DNA of 64,000 bases from Planctomycetota bacterium (GTDB lineage: Bacteria > Planctomycetota > UBA11346). The DNA is taken from NCBI GenBank assembly GCA_038213805.1, contig JBBQSO010000015.1, positions 1 to 64,000 on the forward strand, written 5' to 3'. Positions 40,291 through 51,322 of the stretch are shown here, piece after piece. Both the position numbers and the translations under genes were made by a program. The notes under the pieces were generated by a model. The model was not told the origin of the DNA. It did not search any database and saw only the letters and a list, made by a program, of their open reading frames with translations. Within the stretch, counting starts at the first letter, position 1; each line of letters begins with the position of its first letter.

Positions 40291-40683
40291 CTACGATGCT
40301 GCGCGCCCTGAGTCGCGCAGCGCCACCACCCACACCCACGCCATCAGCACCAGCTGGAACGGCAGGCGCAGCCACAGCACCAGCGGCGAGAAGGTCATCC
40401 CCGGCGGATGCGCGCCGGTGGTCGCCATGGTGAGGTTCGCCGGGAGGACCGCGAGCAGCAGTGCGATCAGGCCCCAGCCCGCCAGCCGCCGCGTCGCTGG
40501 CAGCGCTACGCCCAGGCCGCCGAGGATCTCGGCTACGCCGCTGATCGCGACCAGCGCCTCGGGCCACGGCAGATACGACGGCATGATCGCCAGGTAGAGG
40601 TCGGGCTTCACGAAATGCCAAATCCCAGCCAAGACGAAGAAGATGACGAGCAGCCAGCGCAGGGCGGGGATGATATGGCGCAT
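40291..40683 (-). CDS. DoxX-like small membrane protein
   Basis: AGIWHF..P, SGVAEILGG, LLAVLPAN, LRLPFQ. Confidence 0.8.
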   Translation of the reverse strand: MRHIIPALRWLLVIFFVLAGIWHFVKPDLYLAIMPSYLPWPEALVAISGVAEILGGLGVALPATRRLAGWGLIALLLAVLPANLTMATTGAHPPGMTFSPLVLWLRLPFQLVLMAWVWVVALRDSGRAAS

Positions 40684-40854
40684 GGTGGCAATCGACCCGA
40701 CGTCCGGGCAGATCGCCAGTGCCTTTGTATCAGGCATCGGCAGGGTGGATCATGGTCGCGGTGATTTTCTCTGATCCATAACGCCCCCGCTCTGGTGAGC
40801 GGGTTCATCGGCCACCTGAAGCGATGACCAGATCGCGTCGTTGGTGGCGCCCCT

Positions 40855-42318
40855 TCACGCTAACAGCTTCCTCACCACTTCGCCTTCGACGTCGGTCAGC
40901 CTGAAATCCCGCCCCTGGAAGCGGAACGTCAGCTTGGTGTGCTCGAATCCCAGCAAATGCAGCATGGTCGCATGCAGATCGTGCACGCTCACCGGATCCG
41001 CGATCGGCCGATACCCCAATTCATCCGTCGCGCCGATGGTCACCCCTGGCTTGATGCCACCGCCGGCCATCCACATGGTGAACGCGTGCGGGTGGTGGTC
41101 GCGGCCCATGAAGGGCACGCCGCCGCGGCCCTCGTTCATCGGTGTGCGCCCGAACTCGCCGCCCCACACCACCAGCGTGCTGTCGAGCAGGCCGCGGCGC
41201 TTGAGGTCGGTGATCAGCGCGGCCGCGGCGCGGTCGATGTCCGCGCAGATGCGCGGCAGGCGCTTGTCGATGCTGTTGCCATCGGACTCGCCGTGCTGGT
41301 CCCAGCCGCGGTGATACAGCTGGACGAAGCGCACCCCGCGTTCGACCAGGCGGCGCGCCATCAGGCAGTTGTTGGCGAAGGTCGCCTTGCCCGGCTCGGT
41401 GCCGTACAGCGCATGCACCTCCTTGGACTCGCTGGCGAGGTCGGTCAGCTCCGGCACCGCGGTCTGCATGCGGAAGGCGAGTTCATACGCGGCGATGCGC
41501 GTGGCGATCTCGGGATCGCCGACGATGTCGAGGTGCTGCTGATTGAGCGCGCGGATGGCGTCGAGCGCTGTGCGCCGGTCGCCCGCGGCCATGCCCGCGG
41601 GATCGGCGAGCGCCAGCACCGGCGCGCCGGTGGAGCGGAACTGCACGCCCTGGTAGTAGCTGGGCAGGAAACCATTCGACCAGCACGAGGTCCCTCCGTC
41701 CGGGATGTTCTGCCCCGAGAGCATGACCACGAAGCCGGGCAGGTTGCGGTTCACGCTGCCCAGTCCGTAGGTGGTCCAGGCGCCCATGCTCGGCCGTCCG
41801 AACAACGCCGAACCGCAGTTCATCAGCACCTGCGCCGGCCCGTGGTTGAACTGGTCGGTGTGCACGCTGCGCACGATCGCCAGCTCGTCGGCGACGCCGG
41901 CGAGGTGCGGCAGAATCTCGGAGAACTCCTGGCCGGACTTGCCGTGGCGCGCGAACGCGAATGGCGAGCCGAGCAGGCGCGGCGTGCCTTTGATGAAGGC
42001 GAAGCGCTCGCCCTTCACGAATGAATCCGGGATGGCCTGGCCGTTCAGCTCGTTCAACTTCGGCTTGTGATCGAACATGTCGACCTGCGAGGGCGCGCCC
42101 GCCATGAACAGGAAGATCACGTTCTTGGCTTTTGCCGGCAGCGGCGGCGCGCGCGGCGCGAGTGGGTCGGGCGCGCCCTGGCCCTCGCCTCCATGCAGCG
42201 CGGGTGCGGCGAGCGTGCCCATGGCGAGCGCGCCCAGCCCCAGCGCGGTCTCACGCAGGAAGGCGCGGCGGTCAAGGCTGCGCAGTGGATGAAGGGCGTG
42301 GCGTGGGTCCATGGTCAC
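40855..42318 (-). CDS. DUF1501 domain protein (Tat-exported)
   Basis: RRAFL Tat motif; [59 protein letters not shown]. Confidence 0.92.
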   Translation of the reverse strand: MTMDPRHALHPLRSLDRRAFLRETALGLGALAMGTLAAPALHGGEGQGAPDPLAPRAPPLPAKAKNVIFLFMAGAPSQVDMFDHKPKLNELNGQAIPDSFVKGERFAFIKGTPRLLGSPFAFARHGKSGQEFSEILPHLAGVADELAIVRSVHTDQFNHGPAQVLMNCGSALFGRPSMGAWTTYGLGSVNRNLPGFVVMLSGQNIPDGGTSCWSNGFLPSYYQGVQFRSTGAPVLALADPAGMAAGDRRTALDAIRALNQQHLDIVGDPEIATRIAAYELAFRMQTAVPELTDLASESKEVHALYGTEPGKATFANNCLMARRLVERGVRFVQLYHRGWDQHGESDGNSIDKRLPRICADIDRAAAALITDLKRRGLLDSTLVVWGGEFGRTPMNEGRGGVPFMGRDHHPHAFTMWMAGGGIKPGVTIGATDELGYRPIADPVSVHDLHATMLHLLGFEHTKLTFRFQGRDFRLTDVEGEVVRKLLA

Positions 42319-45300
42319 TCCCTGGTCAGGGTCTGGTCGAGATTCAGCAGCACGTTGGCGACCACCACCAGCGCTGCGAGGTCGGCGCGGGGGACGCCGG
42401 CGTCTTCACCGCTGGCGAGCTTCTCCGCGGCGGCGGGATCGTCCGCGTAGCGCCGGTACTCGCGCGCGTAGAGCTCGCCGAGCGCCTTCGCCTGGCGCGC
42501 GTCGGCAGTGTGCGCCGTGCACAGCCGGAAGCCGTACTCGCAGCGGCTGGCCGGCGTCGCGCCGCCCTCACGCGCCAGGCGCCGCGCCAGGCCGCGCGCG
42601 GCGTCGACGAAAGCGACGTCGTTGAGCGTGACCAGCGCCTGCAGCGGCGTGTCGGTGCGCGGCCGGCGCAGCATGCAGACCTCGCGGCTGGGCGCGTCGA
42701 AGGTGGTGAATGCGGGATAGGGCGAAGAGCGCTTCCAGAAGGTGTAGAGGCCGCGTCGGTAGCGCTCCTCGCCGGAACTAGTCTCCCAGCGGTCTCCATT
42801 ATAGGGGGTGTCCCAGATGCCGTCCGGCTGCAGCGGGAAGACCGACGGTCCGCCTATGCGGTTGCTGAGCAGCCCCGCCGCGGACAGCGCCACGTCGCGC
42901 ACCATCTCGGCCTCGACGCGGAAGCGCGGCGCACGCGCAAGCAGGCGGTTGGCGGGATCGCGTTCGAGCTTGGCAGCGCCGACGTGGGCGCCCTGGCGGT
43001 AGGTGGCCGACATGACGAGGGTGCGCAGCAGGCGCTTGACCTGCCAGCCGTGGCTTACGAAATCGCTGGCCAGCCAGTCGAGCAGCTCGGGATGCGTGGG
43101 CGGCTGGCCCTGCACTCCGAAGTCGTCGCTGCTGGCGACGATGCCGGTGCCGAAGATCTGTTCCCAGAAACGGTTCACGGTCACGCGCGCGGTCAGCGGA
43201 TTGCCGGGCGCGACCAGCCAGCGCGCCAGCGTCAGACGGTTGGCGACGCCGCCGGACGGCAGCGGCGGCAGCGCGGCAGGCACGTCGGCGGTGACCGTAT
43301 CGCCCTTCACCAGCCAGGCGCCGCGCACGTGGATGGCGGTGGTCGGTGCGCCGTCGCCCGGACGCTCGTGCATCACCATGGCGGTGGCAGCGGACGGTCC
43401 CTTGGCGGCGGCAAGCAGCTCCGCCTGGCGTGCGCGCGCCGACGCCAGCGCCGGGGCGATGCCGCGGTACCATGCCATGACCACGGCCTGCTGCGCGGGC
43501 GCGCGCGCGTCGACCGCGACGGCCAGCGCCGCGACTACCTCATCCGGCATGGTGGCCGTGGATGGCGTGGCGCTGGCGGTGGCGGCCAGGCGCAGGCGGC
43601 CGAGCAGGTGCTGGCCGTACGGCGATTGCTGCGCCAGCGTCGCGACCAGGCGCGCGCCGGCGGGCAGGTCGAGCGGCGCGCAGGTGAAGACCGCGGTGTG
43701 CGCCTTGCCGGTGCCGCCGGACACCGCCCAACCGCTCTCCGGCTTGGCGTCGATCGCGTCGGCGACCGGGAAACCGTCCTGCGCATAATCGGCGGTGGCG
43801 GCGATCAGGCGCACCGCGAGCGCGCCCGGCTCGATCGTCAGATGCAGATCGGTCAGCACGAAGTTGCCGTTGCCCGCCGCGCCCGGCCCCATGCCCGGCA
43901 GGCTGGGATCGGTCAGCAGCTCGAGGCGCAGCGCGGTCAGGCGCTGCAGTCCCAACGGCGCGCTGACGGTGTAGACATCGCTCGGGGCCGGCGTGCTCGC
44001 CAGCACACTGCCATCGCCCAGGACTTTCAGCGCGGTGCCCTTGGCGCTGGTCGCGGCGCTCGGCGCGAGCACCTGCCAGCCGCTGCCCGCGCTCTGCGCC
44101 TCCCACGCCCGTTCTGCCGCGCGCAGCTCCGCGGTATCCTCAGCCAGCGTGCGCGCGAGCGTGGTCAACTCGCTCTCGCGCGCCGCACGCTCCTCTGCGC
44201 TGGCGGTGTCGACCTCCACGGTCGGCTCATCCGCATTGTCGAAGAAGGCCAGGAAGCGGTAGAATTCGCGCTGCGTGAACGGGTCGTACTTGTGGTTGTG
44301 GCACTGCGCGCACTGCAGGGTGCTGCCCAGCCACACCTCGGCGGTGGTGCCGACGCGGTCGACCAGGGTGTTCCAGCGCGCCTCGCCGCGGTCGACGCCA
44401 TCCTCCTCGTTGATCAGGGTGTTGCGGTGGAAGCCGGTGGCGATGACGTCCTGCGGGGTGGCGCCGGGCAGCATGTCCCCGGCGAGCTGAGCGATGGTGA
44501 ACTGGTCGAAGGGCAGGTCGCGATTGAAGGCGGCGATCACCCAGTCGCGCCACGGCCACTGGCTGCGCTTGCGGTCCTTTTCATAGCCCTGCGAATCGGC
44601 ATAGCGCGCGAGGTCGAGCCACGGCCGCGCCCAACGCTCGCCGAAGCGTGGCGAGGCGAGCAGGCGGTCGACCAGCGCCGCGTAGGCGCCCGGGCTGCGG
44701 TCGGCGAGGAAGGCGTCGAGCTCGGCCGGACCCGGCGGCAGGCCGGTGAGGTCGAGGGCCAGGCGCCGCGCCAGGGTCGCTGGATCGGCTTCCGGCTCTG
44801 GCGCAAGGTGCTCGCGTTCGAGCCGGGAAAGTATGAATGCGTCGATTGGATTGCGCACCCAGCGCGCGTCCGTGACCGCAGGCGGCACCGGACTGGATGG
44901 CGGCACATAGGCCCAGTGCACCGGCTTGGCCGCCGCCGTGGTCGCGCCCTGCGGCCAGGTCGCGCCCTCGTCGATCCAGCGCGCGACCAGCGCGATCTGC
45001 GCCGCACTGAAGGCCGGCTTGTCCTTGGGCATGCGCGGATCGTCGCCCAGTCCCTGCAGACGCTTGATGAGCAGGCTGTCCGCCGCCTTGCCCGGCACCA
45101 GGGTCGCGCCATTCGCTCCGCCCAGCAGCGCGCGCTCGCGGCTGTCCAGACGCAGGTCGCCCTTCTGCTTCTTCTCGCCGTGGCAGGCGAGGCAGGTCTG
45201 CGCGAAGAGCGGCTCGATGTCGCGCGCGAAGTCCACCGGCGTCTCGGCGGCGAAGCCGGCACGCGACCACCCGATGAGCACGCCAATGACGATGGAAACG

Positions 45301-45362
45301 CCCCCGCGCAGAGTCTTTGCAGCGCGCAGCCTGAAGGGGGGGGAGCGTGGGACGACGGGCAT
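42315..45362 (-). CDS. Planctomycete cytochrome c + DUF1549 + DUF1553 (PSD1) protein with an inserted beta-sandwich domain
   Basis: CLACH heme motif; [67 protein letters not shown]; start codon uncertain. Confidence 0.9.
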   Translation of the reverse strand: MPVVPRSPPFRLRAAKTLRGGVSIVIGVLIGWSRAGFAAETPVDFARDIEPLFAQTCLACHGEKKQKGDLRLDSRERALLGGANGATLVPGKAADSLLIKRLQGLGDDPRMPKDKPAFSAAQIALVARWIDEGATWPQGATTAAAKPVHWAYVPPSSPVPPAVTDARWVRNPIDAFILSRLEREHLAPEPEADPATLARRLALDLTGLPPGPAELDAFLADRSPGAYAALVDRLLASPRFGERWARPWLDLARYADSQGYEKDRKRSQWPWRDWVIAAFNRDLPFDQFTIAQLAGDMLPGATPQDVIATGFHRNTLINEEDGVDRGEARWNTLVDRVGTTAEVWLGSTLQCAQCHNHKYDPFTQREFYRFLAFFDNADEPTVEVDTASAEERAARESELTTLARTLAEDTAELRAAERAWEAQSAGSGWQVLAPSAATSAKGTALKVLGDGSVLASTPAPSDVYTVSAPLGLQRLTALRLELLTDPSLPGMGPGAAGNGNFVLTDLHLTIEPGALAVRLIAATADYAQDGFPVADAIDAKPESGWAVSGGTGKAHTAVFTCAPLDLPAGARLVATLAQQSPYGQHLLGRLRLAATASATPSTATMPDEVVAALAVAVDARAPAQQAVVMAWYRGIAPALASARARQAELLAAAKGPSAATAMVMHERPGDGAPTTAIHVRGAWLVKGDTVTADVPAALPPLPSGGVANRLTLARWLVAPGNPLTARVTVNRFWEQIFGTGIVASSDDFGVQGQPPTHPELLDWLASDFVSHGWQVKRLLRTLVMSATYRQGAHVGAAKLERDPANRLLARAPRFRVEAEMVRDVALSAAGLLSNRIGGPSVFPLQPDGIWDTPYNGDRWETSSGEERYRRGLYTFWKRSSPYPAFTTFDAPSREVCMLRRPRTDTPLQALVTLNDVAFVDAARGLARRLAREGGATPASRCEYGFRLCTAHTADARQAKALGELYAREYRRYADDPAAAEKLASGEDAGVPRADLAALVVVANVLLNLDQTLTRE

Positions 45363-45618
45363 CGTGGGAGTCCAACGAGGTCGGTGCGGGCCACCCTCAT
45401 ATGTGCTGCGCACGGAGCGCCTTTCAGGGAGAAGTGCGGAACTGGAAGCGCGTCAGCGGAACTGGTTGAGCACATGTTTCTGGTACCTCACTCCTTCCAT
45501 CCTCCTGCCCTGCCCTTCCGCTTCCCCCCTGGACCCCGTGAAAGGCCGCCCATCCTGGACACATAGTGCCATGTACCGGTGGCGCCCAAGGCAGCCCCTC
45601 AACGCAGGAAGGACAGCG

Positions 45619-46245
45619 ATGTCGGCGACGCCCGGCGACGACCCGATCGACCAAGCCATCGTGCGCGTGCGCGCCGGTGACCGCGAGGCGTTCCGCACCG
45701 TCATCACCGCCTGCGAGGCGTCGCTGCGTGTGCTGGTCGCCGCCATCCTGCCCCAGGTCGCGACGGTCGACGACGTGGTGCAGAAGAGCCTGGTCACCGC
45801 CTATTTCCGCCTCGACCAATACACGTTAGGGACCTCGTTCATGGCCTGGGTGGCGACCATCGCGCGTTACCAGGCGCTCAACGAGCGGCGCCGCTGGCTG
45901 GCCGAGCACGCCTTCAAGCAGCGCCTGCGCGGCGAGCGCCGCCTCGACCAGGCGCTGCACGGTGGGGACGAGGTCTCGCCGTTCGCCGATGAACGTCTGC
46001 TCAGTCGCCTCGGCGATTGCCTGGCCTGTCTGCGCGACCTGCCCGCCGCCATCGTGCGCGCCCACTATCTTGAGCAGGTGCCGGTCGCCGAGCTGGCGGC
46101 CCGCCACGGGCGCAGCGCCGACTGGGTGCACCTAGTGCTGCACCGCGCGCGCCGCGCGCTGCGCACCTGCCTGATCGCCAAGGCGGGCGGTCAGGTGGCC
46201 GGGCTGACGGATGGCGATCCCGCAGGAGCCGCGCATGGCGCCTGA
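45619..46245 (+). CDS. ECF-family RNA polymerase sigma factor
   Basis: GDREAF, DDVVQ, FMAWVATIARY, CL..L, region-4 HTH; ATG 45619 after AGGA. Confidence 0.85.
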   Translation: MSATPGDDPIDQAIVRVRAGDREAFRTVITACEASLRVLVAAILPQVATVDDVVQKSLVTAYFRLDQYTLGTSFMAWVATIARYQALNERRRWLAEHAFKQRLRGERRLDQALHGGDEVSPFADERLLSRLGDCLACLRDLPAAIVRAHYLEQVPVAELAARHGRSADWVHLVLHRARRALRTCLIAKAGGQVAGLTDGDPAGAAHGA

Positions 46246-48397
46246 CCACGACCAGCTGGTGCGCCGACTCGCCGCCGGCGAGCGTTCGGCCGAGGTGCTC
46301 GAAGGCCTCGCCGCGGCCTGTGCCGGGGATGCCGAACTGCGCGACGCGCTGCGCGACGACCAGGCCATCGCGCGCGCGCTCAGCGAGCTCGCCCGGCCCG
46401 CGCTCGACGCGGCGCCGGTGCTTGCCGCCATCGCGGGTTCGCGCAGCCCGACCCTCCAGGATCAGGTGATGGCGGGCATCGCGGCCCGCGACCGGCGCAC
46501 GGCGCCGCACCACCCCTGGCGCTGGCGCGCGCTCGCCGCCTCGCTGCTGGTCGGCTGCGCGCTTTCGGCGATCGCCATCAGCGACCATTGGCAGGTCTCG
46601 CACGAGCCGCTTGCCACCCTGCACATCCTGCCCCAGGGCGCGCGCTGGCCGGCCGGCGCCAGCGCCGGGCAGCACGAGGGCGCGCGCGTGCGCCCCGGCC
46701 CGATCGCCTTCGCCGCCGGCGCCATCGAGCTCGACTTCGACAACCAGGCGGTGCTGCTCATCGAAGGCCCGGCACGCTTCGAGGTGCTTTCGCCCCTGCG
46801 CGTGCGCCTCGACCAGGGCCGCGTCACGACGCGCATCCCGGCGTCGGCGCACGGCTTCACCATCGCCGCCGCCGGCCTGCGCGTCATCGACCTCGGCACT
46901 GAAATCGGCGTCGCGCTCGCCACCGACGGCAGCGCCGACGTCCAGGTCTACGCCGGCGCCGCGCAGCTGGTGCTCGATAGCGGCGCGGCGCGGCGGGCCG
47001 AGGCGGGCGACGCCGTGCGCCTCGATCCGCAGGCCGACCGCATCGCCGCCATCACCTTCGTGCCGGGACGCTTCCTGCGCAGCGGCCCGCTGCGCGCGCT
47101 CGACATCGACCTCGCCGACCTGGTCGGCGGCGGCGACGGGCGCGGCGGCGCGACCAGCGATGGCATCGATCTGCTCACCGGCAATCTGCACTCGCTGCTC
47201 TCGCAGGGTGGCATCCACGGCGACCGCGCCTTCCACGCGGTGCCGGGCCAGCCGCTGGTCGCGGGCGTGTTCGTGCCCGACGCGGCCGCGGACGTGCCGA
47301 TCACGCCCGACGGCGCGACCTGGCGCTTCCCGCTCGCCGGTGGTTCGGCCTACGACTCGGTGCGCCGCGGCCCCTTCCTGATCCGCCCGCCCGACGGCGG
47401 CATCCCCGGCATCCGTCACCAGCCCGAGATCTTCGGCGGCACCGATTTCTCAGGCCCCGGCCACACCCAGGTGGGCATGCACGCCAACGCCGGGATCACC
47501 ATCGACCTGCAGGAGGTAGGGCGCGTCCACGGTGGCCGCGCCGCGCGCTTCACCGCGCTCGCCGCCAACAGCGCGCCGCGCCGCCTTGCTCCGGCGCTGT
47601 GCACGCTGCCCAGCGCAGCCGGCGCGGAGGTGCGCTGGTCGGCGCTGGCCGGGGTGCATGCCAGCACCGCCGCGGGCACGGTGCTGACCGAGCGCGACGA
47701 TGGCGCGCTGCTCGCCAGCGCGCCAGCCAAACGCGACACCTACACTGTGCGCGGTGACCTCGGCGGCGACCGCCTCAGCGCAGTGCGTCTCGAGGTCCTG
47801 CCCGATGCACACCTCGGCGGCCACGGGCCGGGCGCGGCGACCAACGGCAATTTCATCCTCACCGGCGCGCACTTCGCGCTGGTCGGTCCCGCCGGTCGGC
47901 GCGAGCTCACCCTGGTCGGCGCAGTCGCTGACTTTTCGCAGTCCGGCTGGTCCATCGGCAGCACCGTGATCGGCGATGGCACCCTCGGCTGGGGCATCGT
48001 GCCCGAGACCGGCGCGCCGCACCACGCGGTGTTCTTCCTCGATCCGGTGGCGGTCGCCGCGGGCGAGCGCCTCGAGGTGCGCCTCGAGCAGCAGCAGCGC
48101 AATTACGACCAGCACCTGATCGGCTGCTTCCGTCTGGCCGCCACCGGTGACCGCGATCCCGCGCGTGGACTGGCCGCGGGCGGCACCTTCCTGACCGTGC
48201 TGCTCGATGGACAGCTGGTGCAGCGCAGCGTCATTCCCCTGGTGGACCAGCCCGCCTCGCGTATCGATGTCGCCATCCCGGCCGGTGCGCGCTGGCTGAC
48301 CATCGCCACCAGCGACGGTGGCTTCGGCGATGGCTTCCAATGGGGCACCCTGGGTGATGCGCGCATCACCCTCGAGCCGGCCGCGCCCGCGCCCTGA
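46235..48397 (+). CDS. FecR-like anti-sigma factor with TM, FecR domain and C-terminal NPCBM-like domain carrying an inserted domain
   Basis: Overlaps the ECF stop; TM ALAASLLVGC; GF.I...RVIDLGTEIGV FecR motif; GMHANAGITIDL ... LDG ... WLTI..SDGG...GDA NPCBM-like halves. Confidence 0.8.
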   Translation: MAPDHDQLVRRLAAGERSAEVLEGLAAACAGDAELRDALRDDQAIARALSELARPALDAAPVLAAIAGSRSPTLQDQVMAGIAARDRRTAPHHPWRWRALAASLLVGCALSAIAISDHWQVSHEPLATLHILPQGARWPAGASAGQHEGARVRPGPIAFAAGAIELDFDNQAVLLIEGPARFEVLSPLRVRLDQGRVTTRIPASAHGFTIAAAGLRVIDLGTEIGVALATDGSADVQVYAGAAQLVLDSGAARRAEAGDAVRLDPQADRIAAITFVPGRFLRSGPLRALDIDLADLVGGGDGRGGATSDGIDLLTGNLHSLLSQGGIHGDRAFHAVPGQPLVAGVFVPDAAADVPITPDGATWRFPLAGGSAYDSVRRGPFLIRPPDGGIPGIRHQPEIFGGTDFSGPGHTQVGMHANAGITIDLQEVGRVHGGRAARFTALAANSAPRRLAPALCTLPSAAGAEVRWSALAGVHASTAAGTVLTERDDGALLASAPAKRDTYTVRGDLGGDRLSAVRLEVLPDAHLGGHGPGAATNGNFILTGAHFALVGPAGRRELTLVGAVADFSQSGWSIGSTVIGDGTLGWGIVPETGAPHHAVFFLDPVAVAAGERLEVRLEQQQRNYDQHLIGCFRLAATGDRDPARGLAAGGTFLTVLLDGQLVQRSVIPLVDQPASRIDVAIPAGARWLTIATSDGGFGDGFQWGTLGDARITLEPAAPAP

Positions 48398-48479
48398 CCC
48401 CGCTGAAACATCCGCCACGCCGACGGCGACCGCCCGTATACGCTTTCCATCCTTCCGACCCACGCCCCCAAGGAACCCC

Positions 48480-49508
48480 ATGCTCGTCCACGCGTCCTCC
48501 AGCTCCCCGCGCCATTTCCTGACCAGCCTCGCCGCCGGCCTCGCCTGCGTGGTCGCCGCCGCGACCGCGGGCGGCGCCGCCGAGGGCGAACTCGGCCAGG
48601 GCGCCTACCGCTACCACGTCCTGCCCGGCTGGGGCGACGTCAGCGCCGCGAACATCCCGCTGCACGACTGCCACGCCATGCGCATGGACAGCAAGGGCCG
48701 CATCGTGCTGATCAACAACGGCGGCAACAACAACGTCATCATCTACGACCGCGCCAGCGGCAAGATGCTGCAGACCTGGGGCACCACGTATCCGGGCGTG
48801 CACGGCCTGCAGGTCGTGCCGGGCGCGGATGGCGACCACGTGTGGCTTACCGACCACGACCGCCACCAGGTGATCGAGGCGACCATCGACGGCAAGGAGC
48901 TGCGCACCTTCGACTGGCCCGAGGGCCACGAGCCGTACACCAAGAAGGACCAGTACAAGCCGACCGACATCGAGTTCGGCGATAAAGGCGACTTCTACGT
49001 CTTCGACGGCTATGGTCAGGCCACCGTCATCCACTATGCCGCCGACGGCAAGATCCTGCGCATCTTCGGCGGCAAGGGCGACAAGCCCGAGAACCTCAAC
49101 ACCCCGCACGGCGGCATCATCGACCGCCGCGACCCGGCCAAGCCGGTGCTGCTGGTCGCTTCGCGCGGGCAGCAGGCGATCAAGCGCTTCACCCTGGACG
49201 GCGACTACATCGACGCCATCCCGATGCCCGGCGCTGACGTCTGCGACGTGTTCATCTTCAAGGGCGACCTCTACGTGCCCAACCTCAACGGTTACGTGTC
49301 GATCCTCGACCAGACCGGCAAGGTGGTCTCAAACGTCGCCGGCAGCGCACCCGCCTACGACCCCGAGGGCCACCTCACCAAGATGTCCAGCACCGGTGAC
49401 ACCTTCATCCATCCGCATAACCTCTTCGTCGACCCCGATGGCGCGATCTACGTCGCGCAGTGGAACTCGAAGGGCACGCACCCGATCAAGCTGGAGCGGG
49501 CGAAGTAA
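48480..49508 (+). CDS. Exported NHL-repeat six-bladed beta-propeller (peptidylglycine lyase-like)
   Basis: HGL, YKPTDI, YVFDGYG, NTPHG, F.HPH motifs. Confidence 0.8.
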   Translation: MLVHASSSSPRHFLTSLAAGLACVVAAATAGGAAEGELGQGAYRYHVLPGWGDVSAANIPLHDCHAMRMDSKGRIVLINNGGNNNVIIYDRASGKMLQTWGTTYPGVHGLQVVPGADGDHVWLTDHDRHQVIEATIDGKELRTFDWPEGHEPYTKKDQYKPTDIEFGDKGDFYVFDGYGQATVIHYAADGKILRIFGGKGDKPENLNTPHGGIIDRRDPAKPVLLVASRGQQAIKRFTLDGDYIDAIPMPGADVCDVFIFKGDLYVPNLNGYVSILDQTGKVVSNVAGSAPAYDPEGHLTKMSSTGDTFIHPHNLFVDPDGAIYVAQWNSKGTHPIKLERAK

Positions 49509-49553
49509 GCGACTGAGACGGCTGGCGAATCGCCAGCGCACATCGCCTGAAAG

Positions 49554-49582
49554 ACCGCGCCCGACCGGGTGCGGTTTTTTTT
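49554..49582 (+). terminator. Rho-independent terminator
   Basis: ACCGCGCCC-GACC-GGGTGCGGT stem-loop followed by a T run, downstream of the NHL gene. Confidence 0.8.
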
Positions 49583-49722
49583 GCATGCCTTACCGGCCGA
49601 ACGCTGCGGCCTGTACCGCAGACCAGGCCGCTGGGAGGGGATCGAGCGCCAGCCCACGGGTGTGCGCTGGCGCGAAATGGTGCACGTGCGCGTGCGAACA
49701 GGCCGCGCTTGACTCCCGGTAC

Positions 49723-49743
49723 ATAGTGTATTAAATACACCAT
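49723..49743. promoter_or_regulatory. NrtR-type operator overlapping the pncB promoter
   Basis: 21-bp near-perfect palindrome ATAGTGTATTAAATACACCAT with GT-N7-AC core; TTGACT -35 at 49709-49714; immediately upstream of pncB-nadE. Confidence 0.75.
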
Positions 49744-49756
49744 AGAGGAAGCGCCC

Positions 49757-51232
49757 ATGGACGGTCAAGCCCTGCTCACCGATCTCTACCAGCTGACCAT
49801 GGCTTACGGCTACTGGCGCAGCGGCACGGCCGAGCACGAGGCGGTCTTCCACCTGCATTTCCGCAAGCCGCCTTTCGGCAGCGGCTACACCGTTGCGGCC
49901 GGGCTGGGGCTGGCACTCGACTGGCTGCGCGAGTTCCGCTTCGCGGCTGACGATCTCGCCTACCTCGCGACCATCCCGGGCAACGACGGCAAGCCGATTT
50001 TCGCAGCGGAGTTCCTCGACTATCTCGGCGGGCTGCGCCTGACCGTCGACCTCGACGCCATGCCCGAGGGCACGGTGGTGTTTCCGCACCAGCCGCTGGT
50101 CCGCGTGCGCGGGCCCATCGTGCAGGGACAGCTGCTCGAGACCGCGCTGCTGTGCCTGATCAACTTCAACAGCCTGGTCGCGACCAAGGCCGCGCGCATC
50201 TGCCAGGCCGCGCGCGGCGAGCCGGTCCTGGAGTTCGGTCTGCGCCGCGCGCAGGGTCTCGACGGCGCGCTGAGCGCCAGCCGCGCCGCCTACATCGGCG
50301 GTTGCGCCTCGACCTCGAACGTGCTGGCCGGCAAGCGCTACGGCATCCCGGTGCGCGGCACGCACGCGCACAGCTGGGTGATGTCGTTCGACGACGAACT
50401 CGCCGCCTTCGAGGCCTACGCGCGGGCGATGCCCAACAACTGCGTCTTCCTGGTCGACACCTACGACACCATCCAGGGCGTGCAGCACGCCATCACCGTG
50501 GCGCACCAGCTGCGCGCGCGCGGCCACGAGATCGTCGGCATCCGCCTCGACTCGGGCGACCTCGCCTGGCTGTCCATCCAGGCGCGCGCGCTGCTCGACG
50601 AGGCCGGCTTCCCCAAGGCGGTGATCGTCGCCTCGAACGACCTCGACGAGCGCACCATCGCCAGCATCAAGGACCAGGGCGGCACCATCGCGGTGTGGGG
50701 CGTCGGCACCAAGCTGGTCACCGCCTACGACCAGCCCGCGCTCGGCGGCGTCTACAAGCTCGCCGCGATCCGCGCGCCGGGCGGGCCGTGGCGCCCCAAG
50801 CTCAAGCTCAGCGAACAGGCGGTGAAGGTCTCGAACCCCGGCATCCAGAACGTGCGCCGCTTCAGCGCCTGCGGCGAGGCCGTCGGCGACGTGATCTGGG
50901 ACGAACTGCACGGCGAGCCCGGCGAGTGGGTGATGGTCGATCCCACCGACCCGACCCGGCGCCGGCGCCTGGGCCTGGCCACGGAGCACGGAGCGGCGAT
51001 GACTGCGTCGGACCTGCTGGTCCCGATCCTGCGCGCCGGTCAGCCGGTCTACCAGCAACCGCCGCTCGCCGAGGTCCGCGCCCACGCTCAGGCCCAGCTC
51101 GCGCTCTTCCATCCCGGCATCAAGCGCCTGGACAATCCGCACCAGTACCCGGTCGGGCTGGAGCAGGGGCTGCATGAGCGTAAGACCGCGTTGATCCTGG
51201 CTGCGCGCGCGGGTCTGACGGCTTCAGCTTGA
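49757..51232 (+). CDS. pncB: Nicotinate phosphoribosyltransferase
   Basis: [52 protein letters not shown]. Confidence 0.95.
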   Translation: MDGQALLTDLYQLTMAYGYWRSGTAEHEAVFHLHFRKPPFGSGYTVAAGLGLALDWLREFRFAADDLAYLATIPGNDGKPIFAAEFLDYLGGLRLTVDLDAMPEGTVVFPHQPLVRVRGPIVQGQLLETALLCLINFNSLVATKAARICQAARGEPVLEFGLRRAQGLDGALSASRAAYIGGCASTSNVLAGKRYGIPVRGTHAHSWVMSFDDELAAFEAYARAMPNNCVFLVDTYDTIQGVQHAITVAHQLRARGHEIVGIRLDSGDLAWLSIQARALLDEAGFPKAVIVASNDLDERTIASIKDQGGTIAVWGVGTKLVTAYDQPALGGVYKLAAIRAPGGPWRPKLKLSEQAVKVSNPGIQNVRRFSACGEAVGDVIWDELHGEPGEWVMVDPTDPTRRRRLGLATEHGAAMTASDLLVPILRAGQPVYQQPPLAEVRAHAQAQLALFHPGIKRLDNPHQYPVGLEQGLHERKTALILAARAGLTASA

Positions 51233-51322
51233 GTCGCTAGGCTCCGGACATGAACTTTCATTCTCGACTTCGCGCATCGCCTGGCTTCCCGAGCGCGTAG
51301 CACCTCCCCCAAGCACACGCAC

